Of a DNA stretch of 64,000 nt, positions 8,027 to 16,341 are shown piece by piece; position 1 is the first letter of the stretch, and the number at the start of each line of letters is the position of its first letter. Origin of the DNA: Myxococcales bacterium (GTDB taxonomy: Bacteria; Myxococcota; Myxococcia; Myxococcales; UBA5297); NCBI GenBank assembly GCA_050288705.1, contig JBNKEI010000111.1, positions 5,872 to 69,871 of the forward strand, read 5' to 3'. A program made the position numbers and the translations under genes. Below the pieces are notes generated by a model. The model saw nothing but the letters and a program-made list of their open reading frames with translations, was not told the origin of the DNA and searched no databases.

Positions 8027-8889
8027 CGCTACGCTACCAGGTAAAATGGACCATCGATTCTGGTGACGGTGTAAAAAACACCCTACATATTTCCCAACCC
8101 TCGCCAACATTAATTACAGGTAACGAATGGTATCAAATCTTTCGAAAACGCGCCTTGGCTTCAATGGGGAAAACTTGGTTTCCCGTGTACCGAATGGCCG
8201 ATGGTGAATTTTCATTTTGTGTAGGCTGGCGTCCGTCTTATGGCTATTCAATTCGCTCAATAGCTAGGAGAATAGCCTGGAAGTTTGGTTTATATAATGC
8301 AGCAGAACATGCTACTTGCTGGAATGAGAAATATACAACGAGCGAACGTGCGGCGCTCATGCCTAAATACATAGCCGACTTGAGAAGAATTTCCCAACAG
8401 GGATGCCTGGCTATGTTTTTAGGAAAATGCGAAAATACCAATTTTGACCAATACAAAAATGAGTTATGTTCTTGGCTAGATAATAATCAAGTCGAATTGA
8501 CCACCAACAATTACTTGCCATTCTTTTTTGTTCTGCATTTTTTAACTTCTCAGGGATGGCAAGAAATTTATTCTGGTCGGCGAATTTTAGTAGTTACCTC
8601 AATAGAAAAACAACGTCAGCAAGCAATTCGTCTTAGATTGGAAGGGTGGGGGGCTAAATCAGTTCAATTTTTAACCATTTCTCCCCATAGAGCTTTGTTC
8701 GAAATAATCAATGTTGCTGATATAGGCGAGGTAGATATTGCCCTAGTTGGGGCAGGCATTGGCTCGGCAAATATTTTGTGTCAACTTGAACCCTTGCAAA
8801 CCCTTTGTCTGGATGTAGGAGCGTACATTAATGCCTTGGAAAATCCGAAATTTCTACCACACGGTACGTTTGTGGTTCCGGAGGCATAA
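8020..8889 (+). CDS. Hypothetical protein, possibly GT-D/DUF1792-like glycosyltransferase (start uncertain)
   Basis: YRMADGEFSF resembles the R.GDGE motif of DUF1792/GT-D enzymes as I remember it. The only in-frame start upstream of that motif is the GTG inside the repeat. The alternative ATG at 8164 would cut into the putative domain. Confidence 0.4.
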   Translation: MRALRYQVKWTIDSGDGVKNTLHISQPSPTLITGNEWYQIFRKRALASMGKTWFPVYRMADGEFSFCVGWRPSYGYSIRSIARRIAWKFGLYNAAEHATCWNEKYTTSERAALMPKYIADLRRISQQGCLAMFLGKCENTNFDQYKNELCSWLDNNQVELTTNNYLPFFFVLHFLTSQGWQEIYSGRRILVVTSIEKQRQQAIRLRLEGWGAKSVQFLTISPHRALFEIINVADIGEVDIALVGAGIGSANILCQLEPLQTLCLDVGAYINALENPKFLPHGTFVVPEA

Positions 8890-8903
8890 GAAAACTAGCC
8901 CAG

Positions 8904-10082
8904 GTGCAGGTCATGAAGACTTTCTCGGTTGTTCACAACATACCAAGCCCCTACCGCCTTCATCTGTTTCGAATGCTAAATGTGGAGCTGAAGGAGAGGG
9001 GGCTGAATCTGCATGTACATTTTATGGCTTCTGGTTACCAAGAAAGGCCTCATTGGTGTTCCACTTCTTCCATCTGCTGCTCCCCAGATTCTGTGGCAAA
9101 ATATGGTTTTTCACATTCATTCTGGCACGATCGAGGATGGGAATTTGGTCCCCACCACTTGCACTATAATCCCGAACTTATCGCTCATTTAATAAGCAAT
9201 CCGGTAGATTATTTGCTAGTAGGTGGGCCTTGGGCAACCATAACCGCAATGGCAATTTCCTTAAAGCCCAGAGCAAGACGCTCCATTGCCTGGCTAGAAG
9301 CCAACACCAAAACTCCTGGACGCATAAATGGAATAGCAGGGGCGTTCAAAAGAAAAACACTTTCTAAATATGACTATATTGCAGTGCCTGGGCAAGAAGG
9401 CATTGCTCATGCGCAGCTAATTTTTGGCACAGGAAAACCTCCTCCTTTGGTTTTATTGCCCAACTTAGTTGACGAGAAAGAATTTCGGAAGAACAACTAT
9501 AGGCAAGAGTCACGGACGCAAATTTGTAAAAAGTATGATCTTCCAGAAAATCGAAAAATAGCTTTATGGAACGCCAGATTAATTGCCTCAAAAGGCATTT
9601 GCGAATTTCTTAGCAAAATTTCAGTAGGTATGCTGGCTGGCTGGAATATTATAATTTTGGGCGATGGTCCAGAAAAAAACAAGATACTTAAAACCATTCA
9701 TAAAAATCGGCTGCAAGATCATGTTTTTGTTTTTGGATATGTTAGCTACGACAAAATGCCCGAAATTTATAATGCTGCTGATTTTTTGATATTGGCATCT
9801 TTGCGCGATCCTAATCCGCTTTCGGTGATTGAAGCCATGCATTGCGGACTTCCGCTATTGGTATCTAACCGAATTGGAAATTTTTCCGAGGCGTTGGAGG
9901 AAGGAGAAAACGGGTGGTGTTTCGATCCTTTTGACCAGCGGTCAGTCGTGGTCGCTGTAAAAAAGGCGTTCAGTGCTTCTCGCCAAGAACTGGGAAAAAT
10001 GGGCGAGAAATCTCGGAAAATTGCCTCCCGCCACTGGTCCAGTAACGAAGCCATTAACCGTTTTCTCGATAGTGTTTTATAG
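8904..10082 (+). CDS. Glycosyltransferase family 4/1 (GT-B)
   Basis: C-terminal SLRDPNPLSVIEAMHCGLPLLVSNRIGNFSEALEEGENG (E-x7-E). The likely start is the ATG at 8913. Confidence 0.8.
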   Translation: MQVMKTFSVVHNIPSPYRLHLFRMLNVELKERGLNLHVHFMASGYQERPHWCSTSSICCSPDSVAKYGFSHSFWHDRGWEFGPHHLHYNPELIAHLISNPVDYLLVGGPWATITAMAISLKPRARRSIAWLEANTKTPGRINGIAGAFKRKTLSKYDYIAVPGQEGIAHAQLIFGTGKPPPLVLLPNLVDEKEFRKNNYRQESRTQICKKYDLPENRKIALWNARLIASKGICEFLSKISVGMLAGWNIIILGDGPEKNKILKTIHKNRLQDHVFVFGYVSYDKMPEIYNAADFLILASLRDPNPLSVIEAMHCGLPLLVSNRIGNFSEALEEGENGWCFDPFDQRSVVVAVKKAFSASRQELGKMGEKSRKIASRHWSSNEAINRFLDSVL

Positions 10083-10204
10083 AGGATAGTGTGCTCTCGA
10101 CCCGGACCTCATAGCTTTCGCGATAATTCACCGTAATGTAAGCATATGCTTTAGCCAGGTGGGACTACGTGGATAAAAGTGCTGAGTAGTTACGAAATAT
10201 TAAT

Positions 10205-10891
10205 TCAACTCGCCAACATATACCCCTTGCCACGCTTAGTAAGAAGAATCTTGGGATCTACACCGTTATCACCTAGCATTCTACGCAAGCGGGAAACAAA
10301 TATGTCTACTGTTCGAGTTATGGTTTCTTGAGAATAGCCCCATACTTCCACCAAAAGCTCTTTGCGAGAAACCCAGTTTCCTTTTTTTTTCCATAAATGC
10401 AGAAGAAGAGCCAACTCTAATTCGGTAAGTAGGTGAGTGGCTTCGAACAAACAAAGAGTGGATTGCTCGGGGGAAAGAACTGCCTTGCCAATTTGAATCT
10501 GGGTAGGCATGCTCTGGTGATACCAAGAGCTTCGTCGAAGTATTCCGCGTATACGCAGTACTAATTCCTGAAGATGAAAGGGCTTAGTTACATAATCATC
10601 AGCGCCTATACTTAGCCCACTAATGCGATCTTCGTCGCTAGCGCGGGCAGTCAAAATCAGAACCGGAAGACGGTTATCAACTCGCTTAATGTCTTGGAGA
10701 AGCTCTAGTCCATCACCGTCGGGAAGCATGCGATCAAGAATAACTAAACAAAAAGAGATTTTGTTCATTACCTCTCGGGCTTGATGCGCAGTTTCTGTCC
10801 AAAAGACTTCGTAGCCTTCCAGCTCAAAATTCAATTTAAGGCCGTGAGCTAAAGTAGTTTCGTCTTCCACTAGTAGAATTCGCTTGGTCAT
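10205..10891 (-). CDS. OmpR/PhoB-family response regulator
   Basis: Receiver domain (ILLVEDE...ILDRMLPDGDG...TARA...DDYVTKPF) plus a winged-helix C-domain (VDIFVSRLRRML...GKGY). Confidence 0.9.
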   Translation of the reverse strand: MTKRILLVEDETTLAHGLKLNFELEGYEVFWTETAHQAREVMNKISFCLVILDRMLPDGDGLELLQDIKRVDNRLPVLILTARASDEDRISGLSIGADDYVTKPFHLQELVLRIRGILRRSSWYHQSMPTQIQIGKAVLSPEQSTLCLFEATHLLTELELALLLHLWKKKGNWVSRKELLVEVWGYSQETITRTVDIFVSRLRRMLGDNGVDPKILLTKRGKGYMLAS

Positions 10892-11009
10892 AGTAAGGGT
10901 GGTCTATTCTTATTCTACTGGCAGGGCAAGTCTGAACATTTGCTAATAGAGTGTAGTTTTCGCTAGTTGCTAACCAGCCTTTGCAGTAGAAATCGTTTAT
11001 GGTTGGGGT

Positions 11010-11813
11010 ATGAAGATGGAAGATACTAGCAAACTGAGTCTTTCCGAGTTGAAACGTTGTTTTGAAAATTTTGACAATAATGAGGATTCTTGGCCGGTTG
11101 GTTGGATCAGCTCCCTGCGAGCTGATTCGCGCAAAGGTGCGCGTGCTCTGGTTGAGCGATGGGAAGAACGGCAAAAAAGAGAGCAGGCGGAGAATGAAAG
11201 GTTGCAAAATCTTTTGCGCTGGGAGCACCAGCTTTGGAAGCGAGGAGTAGGCCATATTGCTGGAGTAGACGAGGCCGGAGTGGGGCCTTTGGCAGGGCCA
11301 GTGGTGGCCGCCGCATGTATTCTTCCTCATGACTTCTGTCCTCGTGGGATCGATGACTCCAAAAAACTCGACTCCGAAAAACGAGAGTCTTTAGAGAAAG
11401 AAATTAAGCAGAACGCGATTGCTTGGTTCGTAGCAATGGCCACCGTAGGCGAAATTGACTCGCTAAATATTTACCAAGCTTCTTTGCTGGCTATGAAGCG
11501 TGCGGTAGATGGTCTGATGGTAATGCCAGACTATATTTTAACCGATGCGCGCACTATTCCCGACATCACAATATCCCAACAAGGAATTATTCGCGGTGAT
11601 GCCCTTTCTCTAACCATCGCCGCAGCCAGTATTTTGGCAAAAACTGCTCGCGACAGAATGCTTGGCGAATTGGCCAAGAAGTATCCGGGATACGGGTTTG
11701 AAAAGCACAAAGGGTATCCTACGCCAGAACACTGTGCCGCTCTGCAGCGGCTAGGCGCGTGTCCCGAACATCGCACTAGTTTTGCTCCGGTTAGCAAAGT
11801 GTTGGCGCCTTAA
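11010..11813 (+). CDS. rnhB: Ribonuclease HII with ~80-aa N-terminal extension
   Basis: GVDEAGVGPLAGPVVAAA, DDSKKL, and a C-terminal KGYP..EH motif. Confidence 0.9.
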   Translation: MKMEDTSKLSLSELKRCFENFDNNEDSWPVGWISSLRADSRKGARALVERWEERQKREQAENERLQNLLRWEHQLWKRGVGHIAGVDEAGVGPLAGPVVAAACILPHDFCPRGIDDSKKLDSEKRESLEKEIKQNAIAWFVAMATVGEIDSLNIYQASLLAMKRAVDGLMVMPDYILTDARTIPDITISQQGIIRGDALSLTIAAASILAKTARDRMLGELAKKYPGYGFEKHKGYPTPEHCAALQRLGACPEHRTSFAPVSKVLAP

Positions 11814-11897
11814 GCGAAACCAAGTGGAGCTGCCCTTGAAGCGTTCGCCTGTTTATGGAGAGAATAGATTCTAGATCGATTCTCACTCTAACAGGGG

Positions 11898-12260
11898 ATG
11901 AGAGCCATGTTAGTGTCCAGCGCAGAAAAGCGGCGTTATTCTCGGTTGCCAGTCAGTATCAAAATTGAAGGACATTGGTGGGATATCGAGAAAGAAGAAC
12001 ACGTTCTTTCTGCCTGGATGACTGCAGTTTCCGAAGGCGGAGCCTTACTGCGTTGCTCCGAACCTATTGGAGCTAATTCGGTTATAAAATTCGTCCTGCG
12101 CCTGAAAACCATGAAGAAAGTGGAAATAAAGGCAGTGGTTCGCTGGTGGAGGCGTAACGGAGAAGTTCGTGATTTGGGGGTGGAGTTTGCTGAACCAATC
12201 AAGCGCATTGGCGCATATGTGGAAAGGCAGTTGGCAATAATGGAAGAGAGAAATCGGTAA
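11898..12260 (+). CDS. PilZ domain protein
   Basis: RRYSR (RxxxR) followed by TAVSEGGALL (D/NxSxxG-like). Size is 120 aa. Confidence 0.7.
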   Translation: MRAMLVSSAEKRRYSRLPVSIKIEGHWWDIEKEEHVLSAWMTAVSEGGALLRCSEPIGANSVIKFVLRLKTMKKVEIKAVVRWWRRNGEVRDLGVEFAEPIKRIGAYVERQLAIMEERNR

Positions 12261-12306
12261 AGCAGCCATTGGTCTCACCCATAGTAGTTCTGTTAGCGTA
12301 AATACT

Positions 12307-13758
12307 ATGAATGTAGCGATTGCCTACCCAGCGCTTCTCGGTAAGGGAAGCCCCATGCTTACCCAGAACCGTCAATTCCAGTGGTATCACCAACCTTCGT
12401 ATATTTATCCGGTGGTGCCAGCCTACGGAGCCACCTTACTTAAAAAAAACCAATTCGGGGTCTGTTGGTATGATGGTATTGCTAGTGGTCAGCAGCCCGA
12501 AGCTTTTTTCACTTACTTAAAGCAACATCAGCCCGACTTAATTGTCATGGAGACTAAGACGCCGGTAATCAGACTCCACTGGCAGATAGTACGTCGCATC
12601 AAAGAATTGCTGCCCGAATCTCGGGTGGCGCTAATGGGAGACCACGTAACCGCCTTACCTCAAGAAACCTTTGCTGCCTGTCCGGTTGATTTCGTAATTA
12701 CTGGGGGTGACTTCGACTTTGAGATGCTCGCTCTTGCCCGGCATCTACGTGACGGCAAAGCGTTGAGCGCCAATATATTTGCTCGCCAAGGAGAGACCAT
12801 TGTTGCGGGTTCTGCCGTTGAGGACCGCGACCTTAATACGCTGCCACTAATCGATCGGCGTTTGACCATGGCCCACCAATACGGAGAAAAGTGGAAAAAG
12901 CGTCTACCGTTTTTTTACACCATGGTAGGCAGAGACTGTCATTGGGGGAAATGTAGCTTTTGTGCATGGACTACGCTTTATCCCCAATATCGTACCCGTA
13001 CGGCCGAAAGCCTACTAGAAGAGATAGCTTACCTAGTGCGCGACCATGGGGCGCGTGAGATTTTTGATGACACTGGTTCGTTCCCCACCGGAGAGTGGTT
13101 GGTAACATTTTGCGAAGAAATGATTCGCCGCGGCCTCCATCGCAAAGTCTTATTTTCGTGCAACAAACGGTTCGATCGCACCGACCGAAAAATCTACTCG
13201 CTAATGAAGCGGGCGGGATTCCGTAAGCTCAAAATGGGGCTGGAATCAGCTAACCAGCATACCCTTGACCGTCTTCACAAGGGCATTTGCGTGGACGATA
13301 TTCGCGCAGGTTGCCAGGAAGCCAGTAAAGCAGGACTCGATGTTCATTTGACAGTCATGGTTGGTTTTCCCTGGGAAACGCGACTTGATGTCCAGGCGAC
13401 CATAAAACTAGCCCAATCATTAATGGCCAAAGGTCATGCAGAGATGTTGCAGGCTACCGTAGCTGTGCCTTACCCGGGAACTCCCCTTCATGATTACGCG
13501 GTGAAAGAAGGAGTAATGCGATTTGATCCCCAAGAATATGAGCGCTATGACATGACCGAACCCGCCTTTGAGGTACAAGGCATGAGTCCCGAAGAGGTCG
13601 TACGCTCCTGTGCGCGGCTATATCGTAGCTTTTTTCACCCGCGGTTTATGCTAAGGCAGGCCCTGCGTGTTCGTTCGCTGGAAGACCTGTCGTATGCCGC
13701 CCGTGGAGTGAAGGCAATAACCGGTCACATTCGCGATTTTCTGGCTATGCGTCAGTGA
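12307..13758 (+). CDS. B12-binding-domain radical SAM protein
   Basis: N-terminal cobalamin-binding-like region, Cys motif GRDCHWGKCSFCAW, and a downstream radical-SAM core (GLESANQ...). Confidence 0.7.
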   Translation: MNVAIAYPALLGKGSPMLTQNRQFQWYHQPSYIYPVVPAYGATLLKKNQFGVCWYDGIASGQQPEAFFTYLKQHQPDLIVMETKTPVIRLHWQIVRRIKELLPESRVALMGDHVTALPQETFAACPVDFVITGGDFDFEMLALARHLRDGKALSANIFARQGETIVAGSAVEDRDLNTLPLIDRRLTMAHQYGEKWKKRLPFFYTMVGRDCHWGKCSFCAWTTLYPQYRTRTAESLLEEIAYLVRDHGAREIFDDTGSFPTGEWLVTFCEEMIRRGLHRKVLFSCNKRFDRTDRKIYSLMKRAGFRKLKMGLESANQHTLDRLHKGICVDDIRAGCQEASKAGLDVHLTVMVGFPWETRLDVQATIKLAQSLMAKGHAEMLQATVAVPYPGTPLHDYAVKEGVMRFDPQEYERYDMTEPAFEVQGMSPEEVVRSCARLYRSFFHPRFMLRQALRVRSLEDLSYAARGVKAITGHIRDFLAMRQ

Positions 13759-14555
13759 GACCGGCTCCGCCAGCGACTCCAGTTTCGTAATATCCGAACG
13801 GCAAAAAGGGGATTCCCGACGACATAGCGCCGAAACATACGTCGCGGTTCAAGGGCCAAACGAAAAAGCCACTCTAGGCCGTGGTCAGTCATCCAGCGCG
13901 GCCCGCGACGAACGTCACCTGCTAGATAATCGGCGGTTGCGCCAAGACACCACACCAGCGGGGCGGCCAGACGTGAACGATAGCAGTTGACCCATAGTTC
14001 TTGAGTAGGTGTTCCCATCCCTACAATCAACAGGTGAGGCTTGGCGTCAGCTATTTTCCATAGTACCGATTCGTTTTCCGGGCCTTGTTGGTCAAAGTAG
14101 CCGTGATGAGTACCGACAATTTGCAAGTATGGATGCTGCATTTGTAGCGCAGCGGTAGCATCTGCTGCCACGCCTGGTTTTCCTCCAATCCAGAAAACGC
14201 GCCACCTCCGTCTAGAAGCTAGGTCAGCAAGATCCCCAATAAAATCAGCGCCGGTCATTCGTTGGGGTGCTTTCGCGCCAAACACGCGCGCAGCAAGCCG
14301 AACGCCCCAACCGTCGCAATACACTAAGTCAGCTCGATTGAGCGCATTAGCCAGCTCTGCTGATTTCTGTGCGGTATTTGCTACATGTACATTGAGGTAC
14401 ATGATGGTGCCCTGAGCATTAGCGTCGATAAGGGCAGCTGCTCGTGCTAGCAGGCTGTGGACGTCCACCACGTCCAGCTTTACACCCAGGATATTGATCT
14501 GAGAGTCGCTAGAGAACACAGCAAACTTATACTGCGCCGGCACGATCATGGGCAA
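13752..14555 (-). CDS. WecB/TagA/CpsF-family glycosyltransferase (GT26)
   Basis: LVYCDGWGV...GADF...GMGTPTQELW motifs. Its 3' end overlaps the convergent radical SAM gene by 7 nt. Confidence 0.85.
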   Translation of the reverse strand: MPMIVPAQYKFAVFSSDSQINILGVKLDVVDVHSLLARAAALIDANAQGTIMYLNVHVANTAQKSAELANALNRADLVYCDGWGVRLAARVFGAKAPQRMTGADFIGDLADLASRRRWRVFWIGGKPGVAADATAALQMQHPYLQIVGTHHGYFDQQGPENESVLWKIADAKPHLLIVGMGTPTQELWVNCYRSRLAAPLVWCLGATADYLAGDVRRGPRWMTDHGLEWLFRLALEPRRMFRRYVVGNPLFAVRILRNWSRWRSRSH

Positions 14556-14653
14556 TCATTTATCTCGTATTCGCGGCCGAATAGGTCGGCCATGAGCTCG
14601 AGCGCATTCAAGCAATGTGTACACCAGACAAGTATTTTTTACGCCGCTATTTT

Positions 14654-15643
14654 CTAAAACGAAGGTTTTTCCCGTTCTCGCCCCAGTAAAACCAAATAAA
14701 TCGTCAAAAGAACGCCCGTGGCCAATGCAAAAGAAATTTTGAACCATGAAGAAAGATGGGGCTGGTGAATTTGCGAAATAGTGCCCTCAATAATCCCGGC
14801 AATTACAAAAATGGGAATGGTTCCCAAACAAAGGCGTATTGCAATGCGCGATTCTTTTCGCAGGGCAGCAATGCGCGAGTAACTGCCCGGCATAATCAAC
14901 GCGCGGCCCAGAATTAGTCCTGCAGCTCCCGCCAAACAAATAGAACTTATTTCCAAAACCCCATGAGGAAGAATCCATGCCCAAAACCAAAGAGCATGTC
15001 CTTTGGAATGATAAACCGCGGCCAGCGCTCCTAATAAAATTCCATTGGTGGTTAGCAAAATGCCGGTGCCTATTCCCAAAGTTAGCCCCAATGCGAAGGC
15101 CAAAAATGCTACTTGAATATTGTGAGTGAACAAAAAGCTGGAAAAACTTGACTGCGATTGCGCATCTGCTAATGGCTTCTCGGCTTCATTGGTTACCCGC
15201 TCAGCAGGATCGAGGTTAAGATGCTCCTCAGGTACCAGAAAAAGCATTGCTTGCGGATCGGTTTTGGTGGCAGCAAAGCCCAAAACTGCTCCTAAGAAAA
15301 AAAGAGCATAAGCCAGCACCAAAGCTTTCCACTCGTTGCGTACTAATTGGGGAAAACCCCGGGCAAAAAACCTAGTGACCTCACGCAGTCGAGGTTTTTC
15401 TCCTGGATAAGTTTGTGCATAAGCTCGTGCTACCAAATCATTGAGCGAATCCATTAAATCGGCTGAGGCAGCACGACTGCGTGCCCATAGCAAGTCAGAA
15501 GAAGCAGCTCGGTATAATCGACCAAATTCCTGTGCCTGGTGCAAACTTAGGGAGCGCAGCCCTTGGCGTTCGATATGGTCAAGCAGCTCGGCCAAGCGAA
15601 GCCATCGCGGACGGCCTCTTTCTAGGAACTCGTTCAGATCCAC
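14654..15643 (-). CDS. SpoIIM-like (DUF95) integral membrane protein
   Basis: Cytoplasmic N-domain, then FTHNIQVAFLAFALG and multiple TM helices ending with PHGVLEISSICLAGAAG, as in stage II sporulation protein M-like proteins. Confidence 0.7.
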   Translation of the reverse strand: MDLNEFLERGRPRWLRLAELLDHIERQGLRSLSLHQAQEFGRLYRAASSDLLWARSRAASADLMDSLNDLVARAYAQTYPGEKPRLREVTRFFARGFPQLVRNEWKALVLAYALFFLGAVLGFAATKTDPQAMLFLVPEEHLNLDPAERVTNEAEKPLADAQSQSSFSSFLFTHNIQVAFLAFALGLTLGIGTGILLTTNGILLGALAAVYHSKGHALWFWAWILPHGVLEISSICLAGAAGLILGRALIMPGSYSRIAALRKESRIAIRLCLGTIPIFVIAGIIEGTISQIHQPHLSSWFKISFALATGVLLTIYLVLLGREREKPSF

Positions 15644-15712
15644 AGGGTCAATTTAGCAGGTTTGATACGAGCAAGGTTCATATTCGTGACCTTGAACTGT
15701 GACCGGAGACTG
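15591..15712. repeat. Direct duplication, copy C (true 5' end and upstream region of the SpoIIM-like gene)
   Basis: Aligns at a fixed offset of 620 bp with 16211..16333 (..catcgcggacgg[c/t]ctctttctaggaac...atttagcaggtttgatacg[a/g]gcaaggttcatattcgtgacctt). About nine-tenths identical over the first ~100 bp. Confidence 0.85.
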
Positions 15713-15729
15713 CATGTCAAGCACAAATC

Positions 15730-15791
15730 CTAACAGTTTTTTGAGTAGACTGCGCTATTCTAACAATTTTTAAAGAAGTCTAACGATTTTT
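15730..15791 (+). promoter_or_regulatory. Three phased direct repeats CTAAC[A/G][G/A]TTTTT upstream of the 15806 ORF
   Basis: ctaacagttttt (15730), ctaacaattttt (15760), ctaacgattttt (15780). Spacing is 30 and 20 bp. A GGAGG RBS (15792-15796) follows, 9 nt before the GTG start. Confidence 0.45.
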
Positions 15792-15805
15792 GGAGGCTTG
15801 GCCAG

Positions 15806-16186
15806 GTGTTAACCGTACCCGATTTTCAGGAAGACAACGAGGGAGCTGTTACGGTTAAAAGCGATACAGCATATCTCTATCGGTTTTATGATGGGACAAC
15901 GATGGCTGAATCGCTCTATGGCTGGGTACGAGAAACAGTTCGTGAAGAATTGCGGCGTGAGCTGGAGTTCGTGGTTGGGTTTAGAACTATCCGTCGGGAA
16001 ATCGAATCTATTGTTGATATGCCTGATCGATTGGTCAATCTTTTTATTAAGCTTTGCCTTCAGAACAGAGGTCGACTCTCAGCCGCAAAACGAAAAAGTC
16101 ACTTCTCAAGTCTATCAGACCAGGAATTGGAGGCTATGGAGCGGGTTGTTCAGGCTCATCAAGGACCGCTACTGGCGAATCCATGA
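15806..16186 (+). CDS. Hypothetical protein (126 aa) carried on the insert between duplication copies C and D
   Basis: GTG start with a good GGAGG RBS. No family recognised with confidence. The C-terminal ...NRGRLSAAKRKSHFSSLSDQELEAME looks like the tail of a larger regulatory or Fic-type protein, but I cannot support that. Confidence 0.4.
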   Translation: MLTVPDFQEDNEGAVTVKSDTAYLYRFYDGTTMAESLYGWVRETVREELRRELEFVVGFRTIRREIESIVDMPDRLVNLFIKLCLQNRGRLSAAKRKSHFSSLSDQELEAMERVVQAHQGPLLANP

Positions 16187-16210
16187 CTTTGTTCAGTATG
16201 GTTAAATGGC

Positions 16211-16333
16211 TCCAGGCGAAGTCATCGCGGACGGTCTCTTTCTAGGAACCTGGTTAGATCCACCGGATCAATTTAGCAGGTTTGATACGGGCAAGGTTCA
16301 TATTCGTGACCTTTTAACTGGACCAGAGGCTTG
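16211..16333. repeat. Direct duplication, copy D (decayed copy of the SpoIIM-like 5' end)
   Basis: See 15591..15712. It lies directly 3' of the sheath-like gene stop (16342). Confidence 0.85.
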
Positions 16334-16341
16334 GTCCAGGT

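Noticed and set aside
8831-9169. 112-aa ORF bridging the 8020 ORF and the downstream glycosyltransferase.
   Set aside because: It is out of frame with both genes, overlaps the well-supported GT4 N-terminus and has no motifs. It is probably spurious.
10381-10391. T9/A9 homopolymer inside the OmpR-type regulator CDS (encoding KKK), considered as a phase-variation tract.
   Set aside because: The frame is intact and the run encodes a plausible Lys stretch in the wHTH domain. There is no second in-frame or out-of-frame evidence of switching in a single sequence.
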